From positions 496,001 through 560,000 of the forward strand of contig PPNB01000003.1 in the NCBI GenBank assembly GCA_003707115.1: DNA of 64,000 nucleotides, in the 5' to 3' direction. This DNA comes from Tortispora ganteri. Lineage: Eukaryota. The notes below the pieces were generated by a model. The model was not told where the DNA came from. It did not search any database and saw only the letters and a program-made list of their open reading frames with translations. Shown piece by piece: positions 53,306 to 63,442 of this stretch; position 1 is the stretch's first letter; every line of letters begins with the position of its first letter. A program made the translations under genes and the position numbers.

Positions 53306-53911
53306 ATGAAACCAACACTACCGCCATTAACGCTCCATGGAATAACCGATGATACACCTAAGGTACTGACTTTAGACCTGGCAGAGGAAATAAGGCAATT
53401 GATCCCTGGTAGACTACAGATGCATTCAAGCTGGTCGCTGCTTTACAGCCTCTCAAGAGATGGAGTCTCTCTTTCTACATTGTACGCAAAATCAGCGCCG
53501 ACAACCAAAATGCACGCCCAGAACCTTCGCTCTGGCTATATAATAGCTGTGAAAGACACTTCCGGTAATAGATTTGGGTGTTATCTTAATGAACCGCCAC
53601 ATATTCCCCCTAATGGGCGGTACTATGGTAACTCAGAGTGCTTCCTTTGGCTGGACGATATTAATGACGTATTCAAAGTGTTCCCTTATTCAGGATTGAA
53701 CAACTATATTGCCTATGGAGAAGCTGATTATCTGTCAATTGGCGGTGGTGACGGTAAATCAGGCTTATGGCTTAACAGCGATTTGTCAAAGGGTGTTTCA
53801 GATCAATGCCTAACTTTCGGCAACGAACCGTTAAGTAGACAAGGCTCTTCCTTCAACATACTGGGCGTCGAGGTATGGATAGTTGATCCGCTGCACTCCT
53901 CCTATTACTGA
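53306..53911 (+). CDS. OXR1: TLDc-domain oxidation resistance protein
   Basis: LAEEIRQLIPGRLQ...WSLLYSL..DGVSLSTLY, YYGNSECFLW, LSIGGGDG..GLWL, TFGNEPLS, VEVW. Confidence 0.92.
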   Translation: MKPTLPPLTLHGITDDTPKVLTLDLAEEIRQLIPGRLQMHSSWSLLYSLSRDGVSLSTLYAKSAPTTKMHAQNLRSGYIIAVKDTSGNRFGCYLNEPPHIPPNGRYYGNSECFLWLDDINDVFKVFPYSGLNNYIAYGEADYLSIGGGDGKSGLWLNSDLSKGVSDQCLTFGNEPLSRQGSSFNILGVEVWIVDPLHSSYY

Positions 53912-53996
53912 TATAAAGCTGCATACGATATATTATCTATATTATTCCGCCCTTTTTACTCTCTATTAGCGCTGTGCTTCGCGTCCTGACCGCGTT

Positions 53997-55799
53997 TTAT
54001 TCCCTTATCGCTCCACAGCTTTTTTGTACAAGCTGCTTTCTAGACAGTCTAGGTGGAGCTATCTCGTTTATACCTTTTCTAGACGTCAAGTTGTCGTCGC
54101 TGTCCAATTGCATAGGGACTGTCACCAAAGAACTCAGCGAATTGCAAATATTACTCTGTTGCGATTTCTCGGCTTTCAGGTTCTCTAACTGAAAGCGAAG
54201 CACCGCGTTATCTCTGCGGGTCGTCATAAACAAGCTCAATGCCGCTTGTGCATTTGCTTGCTCTATTTGCAGTTTTGTCTTTAACGCCATATACATCGCT
54301 TTGATCTGTTCATTCTGTCTCTCCTGTTTTTGGCTCTTAATGGGGTCTATTGGTGCAGGAGGAGGGTTCTCCTTGAGATGATTGATTTCAGCTCTCAACT
54401 CTTTGTTCTTTTCTGTAAGCTCGCTGATTATTCGCTCCATTTCCGCGTGTTTTTCCACTGATATTTGAAGGTCACTTTTCAGTCGCTCTATATCTACTAT
54501 GAGTTCTTCCTTCTTTCTCGCTTCATCAGCATACTTCTCCCACAGATCGTCGAAGTTCTTCCTATACTTACTCATTTCCAACTGAGTCGCTTCAAATTGT
54601 TTTAATTGAGTTTTGAGAGATTCAATTTCTTCAAGCAACTTGTTTTTTACATCTTCCGTAAACTGACTGGCCTGCCCCTCCTCCGAATCTGAATCTGAAG
54701 TTCTCGGTAAGCTTGACGGCACCCTTGGGGCTTCTTTATCGTTATCACATACTGATTCTCCGATACCTGTGAGGCCAAGTGGTATTTCTTCGGACATTAA
54801 GAGTGTTGGTTTCATAACAGTTGACAATTCGCTTGCTGGTTCTTCTCCTTCAGAAACTGATGGTTTTATGCTATTTGACAGATCGCTTGCTGGCTCTTCA
54901 CATAATGAAAATGATGGTTTTCTAATAGTCTCCAGAGTAGTTATTGGCTTTGTTTGGTTTATGATTAACCTTTCATGGGGTCCACTGTTTTGCGATCTGA
55001 ATGGTTCTGAACTTGGCGCTTCATTTGTGAAGCTCAGAGGTGCAATTGGTCGTATAATTGATGACTCGAACTCGCCCGTATTCTCAGACTCAGTACTATC
55101 AAACATTTTGCACGCATTCCTGTCTATATTTAAATCATTTTGGGCTGTTTGTTTACGCATACTGCGCATTTTACCCATGATGCGGTATAGTTCCTCTACT
55201 GAACTGTCAGGATCGTCAAGAACGCTTTCATACTCGGCAATATCGTCATCTTTTGAGAGACTTGAAACCTGGCTATGAGTCTTATTTTTGACGTCATAAT
55301 CATTATCATATATGAGATTTTTGTCATCATGCGTGATATTGGCTTTGTTTGCATATTCAGTAGTATATGTATCAGTAACTGGGATCTCTTTTGCGACGGT
55401 TGCTGATTCAGTTTTTATCCGTGTATTCAATGGCCTCATTGTCTTACCAAGATGGCTCTGATCAGGCTTATTTATATCAATTGTTAAGTCTCTTGACACA
55501 GTGTTTAAGGAATTTAAACTGCCAGCTGAAGATTGGCCACTTTGAGGCCTGTGCTCCACTATCTTGCGATAATTTTCCAATGCAGCCCTAGATACAGCGT
55601 GTGCATTGGCTTCTTTTATTGGGGACTTTGCTGGGGACGCAACCAAATGTTGCCTTGGTGGCTTTGATGAGTATTTTGTTGAACTCTTGACTGGCTGAGT
55701 TATATGTGTCTCTGAAGTTATTCCTAACTTTTTGGCCTTAGATGCAGCCGTAGGTGCAAGGTATCCAGGTATCCTCTTCCTTGATGTGGATTGTGACAT
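53997..55799 (-). CDS. Hypothetical protein with low-complexity N-terminus and C-terminal coiled coil (600 aa)
   Basis: Long ORF with heptad-like periodicity from about VKNKLLEEIESLK. The N-terminus has an IPGYLAPTAASKAK motif. Confidence 0.7.
   Translation of the reverse strand: MSQSTSRKRIPGYLAPTAASKAKKLGITSETHITQPVKSSTKYSSKPPRQHLVASPAKSPIKEANAHAVSRAALENYRKIVEHRPQSGQSSAGSLNSLNTVSRDLTIDINKPDQSHLGKTMRPLNTRIKTESATVAKEIPVTDTYTTEYANKANITHDDKNLIYDNDYDVKNKTHSQVSSLSKDDDIAEYESVLDDPDSSVEELYRIMGKMRSMRKQTAQNDLNIDRNACKMFDSTESENTGEFESSIIRPIAPLSFTNEAPSSEPFRSQNSGPHERLIINQTKPITTLETIRKPSFSLCEEPASDLSNSIKPSVSEGEEPASELSTVMKPTLLMSEEIPLGLTGIGESVCDNDKEAPRVPSSLPRTSDSDSEEGQASQFTEDVKNKLLEEIESLKTQLKQFEATQLEMSKYRKNFDDLWEKYADEARKKEELIVDIERLKSDLQISVEKHAEMERIISELTEKNKELRAEINHLKENPPPAPIDPIKSQKQERQNEQIKAMYMALKTKLQIEQANAQAALSLFMTTRRDNAVLRFQLENLKAEKSQQSNICNSLSSLVTVPMQLDSDDNLTSRKGINEIAPPRLSRKQLVQKSCGAIRE
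54759..54920 (-). repeat. Three degenerate in-frame 54-nt (18-aa) tandem repeats
   Basis: KPSFSLCEEPASDLSNSI / KPSVSEGEEPASELSTVM / KPTLLMSEEIPLGLTGIG. TCGCTTGCTGGYTCTTC recurs at 54829 and 54883, 54 nt apart. Confidence 0.7.
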
Positions 55800-56083
55800 G
55801 TTGGTCTCCCTGTTTGTAATGTGATTAGTTTTGCTTATTGTTTTAGTAGAAATATATTAAAGTGCATTTATATGCATACATTAAAATATTAAAGAAATGA
55901 AGAGCAATTATATGTAAATATGCGGGAAGTATTAAGTGTCATTAGATAGAGAGCTTTTAGTGCATAAAGGCAGGGTCCTATGTTATCGTGCGGGAAGATT
56001 AGAGTTATGTCAGAAACCCTGTTATGTCGATCCGATGAAATCGCAGGCTTGCCCTGCTTGATCTTCACACCAGACTAAGAGAT

Positions 56084-57016
56084 TTATTGCCATTGATAAA
56101 GTGTACCAAATCCAAAGTGCTGTACTACAGGGAACTTCCCCAAAACTTCCGCGCGATACATCTTTATGAGGCCATTGGCGATCTTGTACCAGCTGGGCAG
56201 TCCGGAAATGTCGTAAAGCATTGGAGAATGAGCAAAGAAAGGTCCCGATTTGACAGTATAAATAAATGCAATAGCATCAAAATATAAATTTTTCTCTTTA
56301 TTCTCGCTAACTATATTATAATCAGTAACGGAGGAAGGTTTAGGTATCTCACCAGGGTACTTAGAATTGGATGCAGAATCATGGATATCGGCAAACTGAG
56401 CAGCACCAAGGATATAGGGGATGTGAAAATGGTCATCGAGGCCCCAGACGCCGTGTGATCCAGCTGGCTCTAAATTAAATTTGATAATACTCTTTTGTAT
56501 CATTTTTAGATATGATTTGAAAAGGAGCAGTATATCAGGACCATTGAGTTCGAAGTGATTCAAGCGATAGAGCCCCCCAATGAAGGCGAGAAAACTAAGT
56601 TCGTGTCCCGTGCCGTAATCGAGTCTCACTTGCGAGCCAAGACTAAACACGAGATATATTGATAGCTCATTTACGTTCTCAGCTGACTCTGGTTTAGAGA
56701 GGCAAGACTCAACAAGTTGTATTCTCTTTTCGACTATCGTATTCCAAAACGTTTTAAAGCCAGGATTACCAAATCTATGCTGACCAGGCTCTAAAGGTGT
56801 TTGATCTAAGATGTTGCTCATCAATGAAATCATATATTCCAGTTTTCCTGCATTGACATTGCTCGCAGCCTTAGGACATTGATGCCCGTGCACGACGCTG
56901 GCGAACAACACAAGCAAGCGATCCAATTCCTTGTATGCCGGCGATTTAAGAAATTTCTGCACATCAGGGCCTTCATTAATTTTTTTTGATAATACACCGA
57001 ATCCCCATTGATCCAT
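56084..57016 (-). CDS. RRD1: PP2A activator PTPA (Rrd1)
   Basis: RFGNPGF, RLDYGTGHELSF, LEPAGSHGVWGLDDHF, GPFFAHSPMLYDIS, MYRAEVLGKFPVVQHF. Confidence 0.88.
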   Translation of the reverse strand: MDQWGFGVLSKKINEGPDVQKFLKSPAYKELDRLLVLFASVVHGHQCPKAASNVNAGKLEYMISLMSNILDQTPLEPGQHRFGNPGFKTFWNTIVEKRIQLVESCLSKPESAENVNELSIYLVFSLGSQVRLDYGTGHELSFLAFIGGLYRLNHFELNGPDILLLFKSYLKMIQKSIIKFNLEPAGSHGVWGLDDHFHIPYILGAAQFADIHDSASNSKYPGEIPKPSSVTDYNIVSENKEKNLYFDAIAFIYTVKSGPFFAHSPMLYDISGLPSWYKIANGLIKMYRAEVLGKFPVVQHFGFGTLYQWQ

Positions 57017-57252
57017 TTTATTAATAACAATAATGCGTGTTTATCTAGAAGAAAGTCTTGTGCAACCTTAATGTTGAACAGTGAAAGTCGAAGGGAAAGG
57101 ACCCTCCCTGTTTACTTTACCTACCCATCAGCAACTCTCCCATCTCCGTCCCCATTGCCGTATCCTTATTTTTTGCTTGTTTGACCTTACGACGACCGCA
57201 ACTACGCTTGTATCTCTCCTTTACTTGCTTATTCACTTACCACTACATAAAT

Positions 57253-57678
57253 ATGGGAAATTGCTGTTCTCAAAGTTCGTCTCCTGATGGTAACGGTTTG
57301 CAGAACGAGACTACAGCGTTGCTATCCGATTCTCAACCAAGGCAGGCCTATTCGCGGCAGCCCGATCCTCACGAAGCTCTGATTCAGCAACAGATACTAT
57401 CTAAAATTGTTAGTCAAATTGGCGAAGGAATGGTAGATGTTGTCTCTTACAATTATGCCGAAAAAGCTCCTCCACAAGACATAGACTCTATCCGATCTAA
57501 GCTAAGCAAATCGAGACTCTCTTTCTCTTCTTTTTCCTTATCCCCTAAGCAAAGAGATCTGACACCTGCTGAATCTCAACTGCTGAAGGCTCACGCTGAC
57601 TCACTACACGAGATAATGTCATCTGTCACCAAAGTATCACCTTGTGGTCCTTTAGTGGAAAGCCTTGGTCAAGCTTAG
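57253..57678 (+). CDS. MEH1: Ego1/Meh1 (LAMTOR1)-like lipid-anchored vacuolar scaffold
   Basis: MGNCCS myristoylation/palmitoylation motif, acidic dileucine ETTALL, and helix LSKIVSQIGEGMVDV. Confidence 0.7.
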   Translation: MGNCCSQSSSPDGNGLQNETTALLSDSQPRQAYSRQPDPHEALIQQQILSKIVSQIGEGMVDVVSYNYAEKAPPQDIDSIRSKLSKSRLSFSSFSLSPKQRDLTPAESQLLKAHADSLHEIMSSVTKVSPCGPLVESLGQA

Positions 57679-57787
57679 CTCTCACTAGCTTATCTCAGCG
57701 ACCACACCCTCCACTCCTTTCTGCCCAAGCACCCCGGCCCCCTCCCGTCTTTCATTCACAACACACCCTTAATCTGTATGTCTACGA

Positions 57788-60700
57788 ATGGCGCTGGTAC
57801 TGCCGCTAAATTGTCAAAATTCCAGACTACCGTTACATTCGCCTTTCCGTTGTATCTCATATTCAACCTCAAATGATTCAAGCATATTCGTAGCCTTCAC
57901 GGACGGGCTTGTCGTATCGTATTCAAAATTTCCTACTAGCTCCTCAATTACTCCTGTCTTCTGGTTCGATACCAAGAACCCCGTATCCTTCCTCTTATGT
58001 TTCGAACAATCTCTTTATGTTATAGCCGCTAATTCTTTATACAGATATGACCTTAATGGAAGATTTTACAAGAAATTCACACAGTCGTCTGCTATATCAT
58101 ATATAGTACCTACCGCTTCTTTCCTTGCAGTTGCCGGATCCTTCCCGGGCGTCATCTTTCTTGATCCCATCTCTCTTAAGCTGTTAGCCACTTACAATAC
58201 TGATAATTTATGTTGGCCATTAATAACAATCAGCTTTAATGACGCGCTACTAGCATTTGACCCTTGCCAGCGGACGTGTACTGATTTGCATTTATCAGCA
58301 TCGCATTCTAACTCTGTAACGACCTCTCAAGCCAAATTTCCACTTGCCTCAAACAGCTACGGTAAACTTATTCGCATATGCTCGCTCGGTCAATTACGTT
58401 GGATTACTCTGTATGAAAGAGGCTGGGAATTGTACAAATGGGAATCTGATTGTGTCGTCTTAGAATCCGGCGCTTCGTTGAACGCAGACAATCATCTTAT
58501 TGTAGGCAATAACTCCGCTGCAATCATTGACAAAATGTATGCTGGAATTTTTATTACAATAAATGAATATGCTGACTCCGTCATACAACATTTCATAGTT
58601 CCAAAAGCTTATCATTCAGCCACAATCTCATCAAACGAACTTTTATTTCTTTATTCTGAACCCTTCAGCAACTATGAACTATTCTATCAGACGGTAAACC
58701 CTGCTATTAATGGTTTACCTCTTTCTGAAGTACACTCTGTTCTGACTTTTTCTCAATCACATACACATACATTATGCTGTGCAGTGGGGCAGAATCTCTA
58801 CGCTCTTGCTATAGAAAGAAATATATATGTTCTAACGGTTAAAGAGCTTCTCAATGGCTTTGAATCTTCAATACAGTCACCAACTGCCTCTGTTAAGGAC
58901 ACTGTATCAATGCTCGAGCGGCTATATTTTCCATGTGAAGCACTGGCGATAGGAACGTCTACAGGCTTATTGTACTTAATGGATGAAATCAAAACTTTAC
59001 CATTCTTCACAGTGATTTCGTCGACTGCTATTAATAACATTAGTTATATACCTCATCAAGGATCCCGCAGGATAGCTGGGTTGATATCTGTTATCAGTGC
59101 AGACAGTTCTGTATGCATTTTGGAGTTTGACACTATCGAGAAACCTTTAAAGAAACTTTACACTATCCCGGGATCTTTCAGCCCTATAAAGGAAATAAGT
59201 GTTGTGAATGACACTAGTACTCTTCTTATAGAGTATATTTTGTCTGGAATATCCATTGCATGGGATTTAGAAACCATGAAGCAGCGAATTGATCTGCCGG
59301 ATAACTATTCTAAGACATCCTTATATAGTCTTTCTACTGACAAACAACCTACCCTTTCGTGCGAAACACCACTCGCGGTCATTTCGATTGATGGATATGT
59401 TTATGCATTTGTGAGCGTTCCTTCTTTAGTTATGTGCGATAACTTAAAATCAAAAGAGGCTGTTCTGCAATGCTTGGTTCCTTCAGATTTGAGTAATATG
59501 ATTATACACGAAGATACTGAGTCAAATCCCGATAAGCGTATTGCTTCAGTGAACATTACACTTTCAGGATCTGCTGTTGAATACTATATCACTACTTTTC
59601 CGGAATTGCTTTCTCCTGAAGAATGCTGGAAAGTAAGCTCCGAGCATAGTTCAGACCTTTTGCTGGCAGCAGCCACTCTGGCGCACTCCCAAGTTGAAGA
59701 TGACGTTTTTGAGAAGTTTTGTTCTAGTCTTTCAAAAACAATAGAACATAATCCCGCAAGTATCAAGCCTGATCTGGTTAGGCTAGTTAAATACTGGACT
59801 GCTGATAACTTCTATATGCGCAGTAGTACTCGTGTCCTTGCGCGTACATTCTTGTCTAGTTTGGAAACAAAGGAGATTCGAAATCTCTTGTTGAGAATTC
59901 CGATATCTAGCATTACTGACCAGCCCGGAAGTATTTCATCATTCATATTAGCGTCTCTACTTTTAACTGAGAGTATGAAACGAGGCGTATTTGAACCAAA
60001 CTCCGATAAGCCTATATTGAAAGCCATCACTGAAGTTATATTTCGCAGTCTTAGTAAACTTGACCTAGTGGACTGTATGTCCGTTGTGGATCTACTGAAT
60101 CATGAAGATGTTCATTTGTGGCTAGAACGCTTTGATTTAATGTCATTATTAAAAAGGCTCCTTATAACTTACTCATTGACTTTTGAGAATGGTAAACAAA
60201 AGAGCTCGATTCAGGCGAAGATGTTACATCTTCGTGAATCTTTAAGATCTGTTATCAGAACGATCATGACGCGGCATTCTCAAATGGTGCTGGCAGTATG
60301 TTCTATGGCAATTGCTGGAGATGTTGCTGGTCATTACTCATCTTTAGCTGATGTAAATGTGCAGATTGGTGCACTTGAGTTGGTTGTTTCACTAATTAAT
60401 CATTTCCCTGAGGTAGTAAAGCCTAATATGGACCGACTAGTAAAAGGAATTGTCACAAGTATAGGACCTGGATCCGGCGAAAAAAGGGCCATACTCGCAC
60501 CTTATGTTGCTATTTTTATTAAGGAGGCAGTTATCCATATGGACACAATTGCATTTCACAAAGAAAGTCAAAGGCTTGCAGTTGTCAAAGGAATAGGGCA
60601 TATCGTCGTGTATGATATGAACAGCGCCAGTCAAATTACATACTGTGAAGTTTCTGGAATTTCTCGAGCACTTCATAGCCTACTATTTTCTCAAGACGGA

Positions 60701-60958
60701 AAGCACCTGGCAGCTCTTAGTGAAATAGACGATGAAGAAAGTATTGTATATACATGGAGGGTCAACTTTGGTATCAAGGCACTTCTGCAAAACTTGCAAG
60801 GAAGCTGGGCAAGTAGTGATGAATATGGAGAGGAAAAAGGGGCTGCCCCTGAAAGATCACAAAAATTTAAAGGTTCTGTTGCGAAGATCTCATGGAACAC
60901 TGAGTCCAACGAATTTATGATAGAAAATGGTGTAGAGAGTTTTGCACTGTCAGTGTAA
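57788..60958 (+). CDS. WD40/helical protein, probably WDR7 (Rabconnectin-3 beta)-like
   Basis: Degenerate N-terminal beta-propeller (SVISADSSVCI, LYTIPG), a helical middle, and a C-terminal IAFHKESQRLAV..IVVYDM...LLFSQDGKHLAALS block resembling WDR7/WDR72. Confidence 0.6.
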   Translation: MALVLPLNCQNSRLPLHSPFRCISYSTSNDSSIFVAFTDGLVVSYSKFPTSSSITPVFWFDTKNPVSFLLCFEQSLYVIAANSLYRYDLNGRFYKKFTQSSAISYIVPTASFLAVAGSFPGVIFLDPISLKLLATYNTDNLCWPLITISFNDALLAFDPCQRTCTDLHLSASHSNSVTTSQAKFPLASNSYGKLIRICSLGQLRWITLYERGWELYKWESDCVVLESGASLNADNHLIVGNNSAAIIDKMYAGIFITINEYADSVIQHFIVPKAYHSATISSNELLFLYSEPFSNYELFYQTVNPAINGLPLSEVHSVLTFSQSHTHTLCCAVGQNLYALAIERNIYVLTVKELLNGFESSIQSPTASVKDTVSMLERLYFPCEALAIGTSTGLLYLMDEIKTLPFFTVISSTAINNISYIPHQGSRRIAGLISVISADSSVCILEFDTIEKPLKKLYTIPGSFSPIKEISVVNDTSTLLIEYILSGISIAWDLETMKQRIDLPDNYSKTSLYSLSTDKQPTLSCETPLAVISIDGYVYAFVSVPSLVMCDNLKSKEAVLQCLVPSDLSNMIIHEDTESNPDKRIASVNITLSGSAVEYYITTFPELLSPEECWKVSSEHSSDLLLAAATLAHSQVEDDVFEKFCSSLSKTIEHNPASIKPDLVRLVKYWTADNFYMRSSTRVLARTFLSSLETKEIRNLLLRIPISSITDQPGSISSFILASLLLTESMKRGVFEPNSDKPILKAITEVIFRSLSKLDLVDCMSVVDLLNHEDVHLWLERFDLMSLLKRLLITYSLTFENGKQKSSIQAKMLHLRESLRSVIRTIMTRHSQMVLAVCSMAIAGDVAGHYSSLADVNVQIGALELVVSLINHFPEVVKPNMDRLVKGIVTSIGPGSGEKRAILAPYVAIFIKEAVIHMDTIAFHKESQRLAVVKGIGHIVVYDMNSASQITYCEVSGISRALHSLLFSQDGKHLAALSEIDDEESIVYTWRVNFGIKALLQNLQGSWASSDEYGEEKGAAPERSQKFKGSVAKISWNTESNEFMIENGVESFALSV

Positions 60959-60963
60959 ACTAA

Positions 60964-61395
60964 TCAAGCATATTTCTTTTTAAGATATTGTATACTTGTT
61001 GACCGACTATCTGCTTTTGAAGAGGATGCTGATACGGTTATTAGCGTAAATTTGTCAGCTTGAGACTGGTACTTCGACTCTAAATTATATGGAACGTTGG
61101 TGGGCTTGTATACCATAATGAACTTATCAGCTAAAGTGAAAGGTTCGGAGTTATTAGATACGACCTTATCATATAGAGGTCCTTTATTGGCAATTCTTTG
61201 ATAAACAGCAATGATTAGGTCGTTACTGCCATTTCCAAAACCTTCTGGTTTTATCTTATGCGTATAGTCTATTAAAGGACCGTACTTTTGCAATTCCGAT
61301 TTAAGTAGCAAACGATCTTCGAATGTGGATATTCTAGTTTTTAAGTGCAAACGTACATATTTCGCGGCATTGACCAGCTTCGATAAAGAAGACAT
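60964..61395 (-). CDS. Hypothetical basic protein (143 aa from ATG 61395)
   Basis: ORF MSSLSKLVNAAKYVRLHLK... ends 5 nt from the WDR7-like stop. No family recognised. Confidence 0.5.
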   Translation of the reverse strand: MSSLSKLVNAAKYVRLHLKTRISTFEDRLLLKSELQKYGPLIDYTHKIKPEGFGNGSNDLIIAVYQRIANKGPLYDKVVSNNSEPFTLADKFIMVYKPTNVPYNLESKYQSQADKFTLITVSASSSKADSRSTSIQYLKKKYA

Positions 61396-61619
61396 CTTTA
61401 TGGGGTTGTCAATCTTTTGTGCAAAATTGCTAAGACGCTCAGATGGCAGTGGTCGAAGATTTAAATGGTGCAAAGGGATTTAAAACCGCAAGAAACTTTC
61501 TACGGCATTCTAGTAGCTCTACAATGGAAGGGATCCGATGTGGATAAATCAGTACTATTTTTGCTTTGATTGCATCTAGTATTTATACAATTTATTTTGA
61601 AATGGCAAAATTGCAAATT

Positions 61620-61820
61620 TTAGAACTGAGCTTTGGCAATTCCGATGGCTAAAGGAGCTACAGAGTAGTTAGCATGGTGTGTTGTACAACGCGATCGAAT
61701 AGTGAACTTACCTGCCCATAGAACTACAGCAGTATAGACAGCAGTCATCAAAGTCTTGTTTGATGCCTGATTCATGGCTTTGATTTCTTCTTCTGAAGGT
61801 TGTTGAGGTGCTCCGAACAT
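61620..61820 (-). CDS. TOM5: Mitochondrial import receptor subunit Tom5; join complement(61712..61820, 61620..61657), 48 aa
   Basis: MFGAPQQPSEEEIKA...TAVVLWA|APLAIGIAKAQF after removing a 54-nt intron (GTAAGT...GCTAAC...GTAG). The TM proline typical of Tom5 is present. Confidence 0.9.
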   Translation of the reverse strand: MFGAPQQPSEEEIKAMNQASNKTLMTAVYTAVVLWAGKFTIRSRCTTHHANYSVAPLAIGIAKAQF

Positions 61821-61978
61821 GATATATGAATGCGGTACAAGAGTAATCGACTAAGTAAAGATTGTCTGTGGTTCAGGGTACATAAAATCAGCCAGGACAA
61901 AAATTTGGTACACCTGTTTACCTAGCAACGGAGTATAGCCATTTCTCGTTGCACTTTGCAAGAGACCACAACGCAATA

Positions 61979-63091
61979 ATGTCTGACGAAGAGAAAGAGC
62001 GCGTGGAACAACAAGAGATACCGCAAAAGGACGATTTTGCAGAAAGCGACTCTGAAGGAGAACTTTCTGAATTAGATGAAGAGCAATTTAAGGATGTGGA
62101 CTATGATGAAATTGGTTTAGGTGAAGAAGTCTTCTCCTTGAAGAGGCACAAGCGAACTACCGATTCTGCAGCGACGACAACTACATCACAACCACAACGC
62201 GCCAAGCAACCGAAAAAGAGGGTCAGGAAAGCAGATTCAGAGGAGCCTGAACCTGCGATAAGGCCTGAATGGGAAAGGAGGCGACTATTGGAAGAACGTA
62301 TTGACGCGGCATTAAAACCCGCAGGCAAGAAGAAAAAAAGAAAACTTGACGATGTAGATCTTGAACAACTTCAAGACGAAAAACTTTCAGAGCTTAGAGA
62401 TGAGATGCGTCAAGCTGCAATTGCTGATGCCGAAGCTGTAAGAGATGGTCAAGCTGCCACTAATAAATTGAAGTTATTACCTAAAGTTCGTGACCTGCTG
62501 CGGCGCCAGAACTTGGCTGATTCAGTATTAGATAATAACTTACTTGAGGCCGTCCGCATGTGGCTTGAGCCTTTACCTGATGCGTCATTACCTGCATACG
62601 CTATACAGAAGGAGTTATTCGCCATTCTAGAAAGCCTTCCTATCAAGACCATCCATTTGAGAGAAAGCGGGATCGGGAAGATTATGATATTTTACCAAAG
62701 AAGCAAAAGACCACCTCTAGCGATCAAGCACACTGCTGACAGATTGGTCGGAAAATGGAGCAGGCCTATCATTGGAAGATCAGACAATTACAAAGACAAA
62801 ATTATTGCCACTGCTAGCTATAACCCGGACAGGTTTGCCGGTTTAGAAGAGGATGTAGCAGGTGCTTCTGGTGAAGCGATTAGACGCAAGAATCGCGCCG
62901 CTATTCCTCTCGCAACTGCGTCCACATTCACAGTTGCGCCTAAGTCATCTGTTCATAACATGGATATGGAGCCTGCTTCTAGTACGAACTCAGATTCTCA
63001 GTATCGTCGTTTAAAGCAGATGATGACGAGTGCAAGTAGATCGAAAAGTAAAAAATCTGGGGTCTCAATTGAAGGGCGCGATCTTAATTAA
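61979..63091 (+). CDS. SPN1: Transcription elongation factor Spn1/Iws1
   Basis: ATNKLKLLP, VLDNNLLEAVRMWLEPLPDASLP, LRESGIGKI..FY, WSRPIIGRS.NY, and terminal VSIEGR. Confidence 0.93.
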   Translation: MSDEEKERVEQQEIPQKDDFAESDSEGELSELDEEQFKDVDYDEIGLGEEVFSLKRHKRTTDSAATTTTSQPQRAKQPKKRVRKADSEEPEPAIRPEWERRRLLEERIDAALKPAGKKKKRKLDDVDLEQLQDEKLSELRDEMRQAAIADAEAVRDGQAATNKLKLLPKVRDLLRRQNLADSVLDNNLLEAVRMWLEPLPDASLPAYAIQKELFAILESLPIKTIHLRESGIGKIMIFYQRSKRPPLAIKHTADRLVGKWSRPIIGRSDNYKDKIIATASYNPDRFAGLEEDVAGASGEAIRRKNRAAIPLATASTFTVAPKSSVHNMDMEPASSTNSDSQYRRLKQMMTSASRSKSKKSGVSIEGRDLN

Positions 63092-63442
63092 ACGGCGCTA
63101 GCGAGTCGATGGAATGTATATTCAATTTTTTATGTTCGCCACATATTTTCCTAACTTTTCTTTATTAATTTTATAAATCAATTTATGGGATTATTTCCTT
63201 TCACGTTTTACCCGGCAAGCTTCGCGCTTAGTGTTGCCGGTTTTTTTACTTCCTTGTATTCTAGCAGCATTTTCTGATCACATGCTTAGTGGGTCCTCGG
63301 GGATTTCAACCAATCAGAACTTTCTACCCCGCACAAACTCACCTACAACTTCTACCACTGCCACATAATATAAACTCAACTATATTTCATTATCTTTTTT
63401 ACTATTCCTGTTCTTTTTCCAATTTTTTGGCCATTATCAAGC

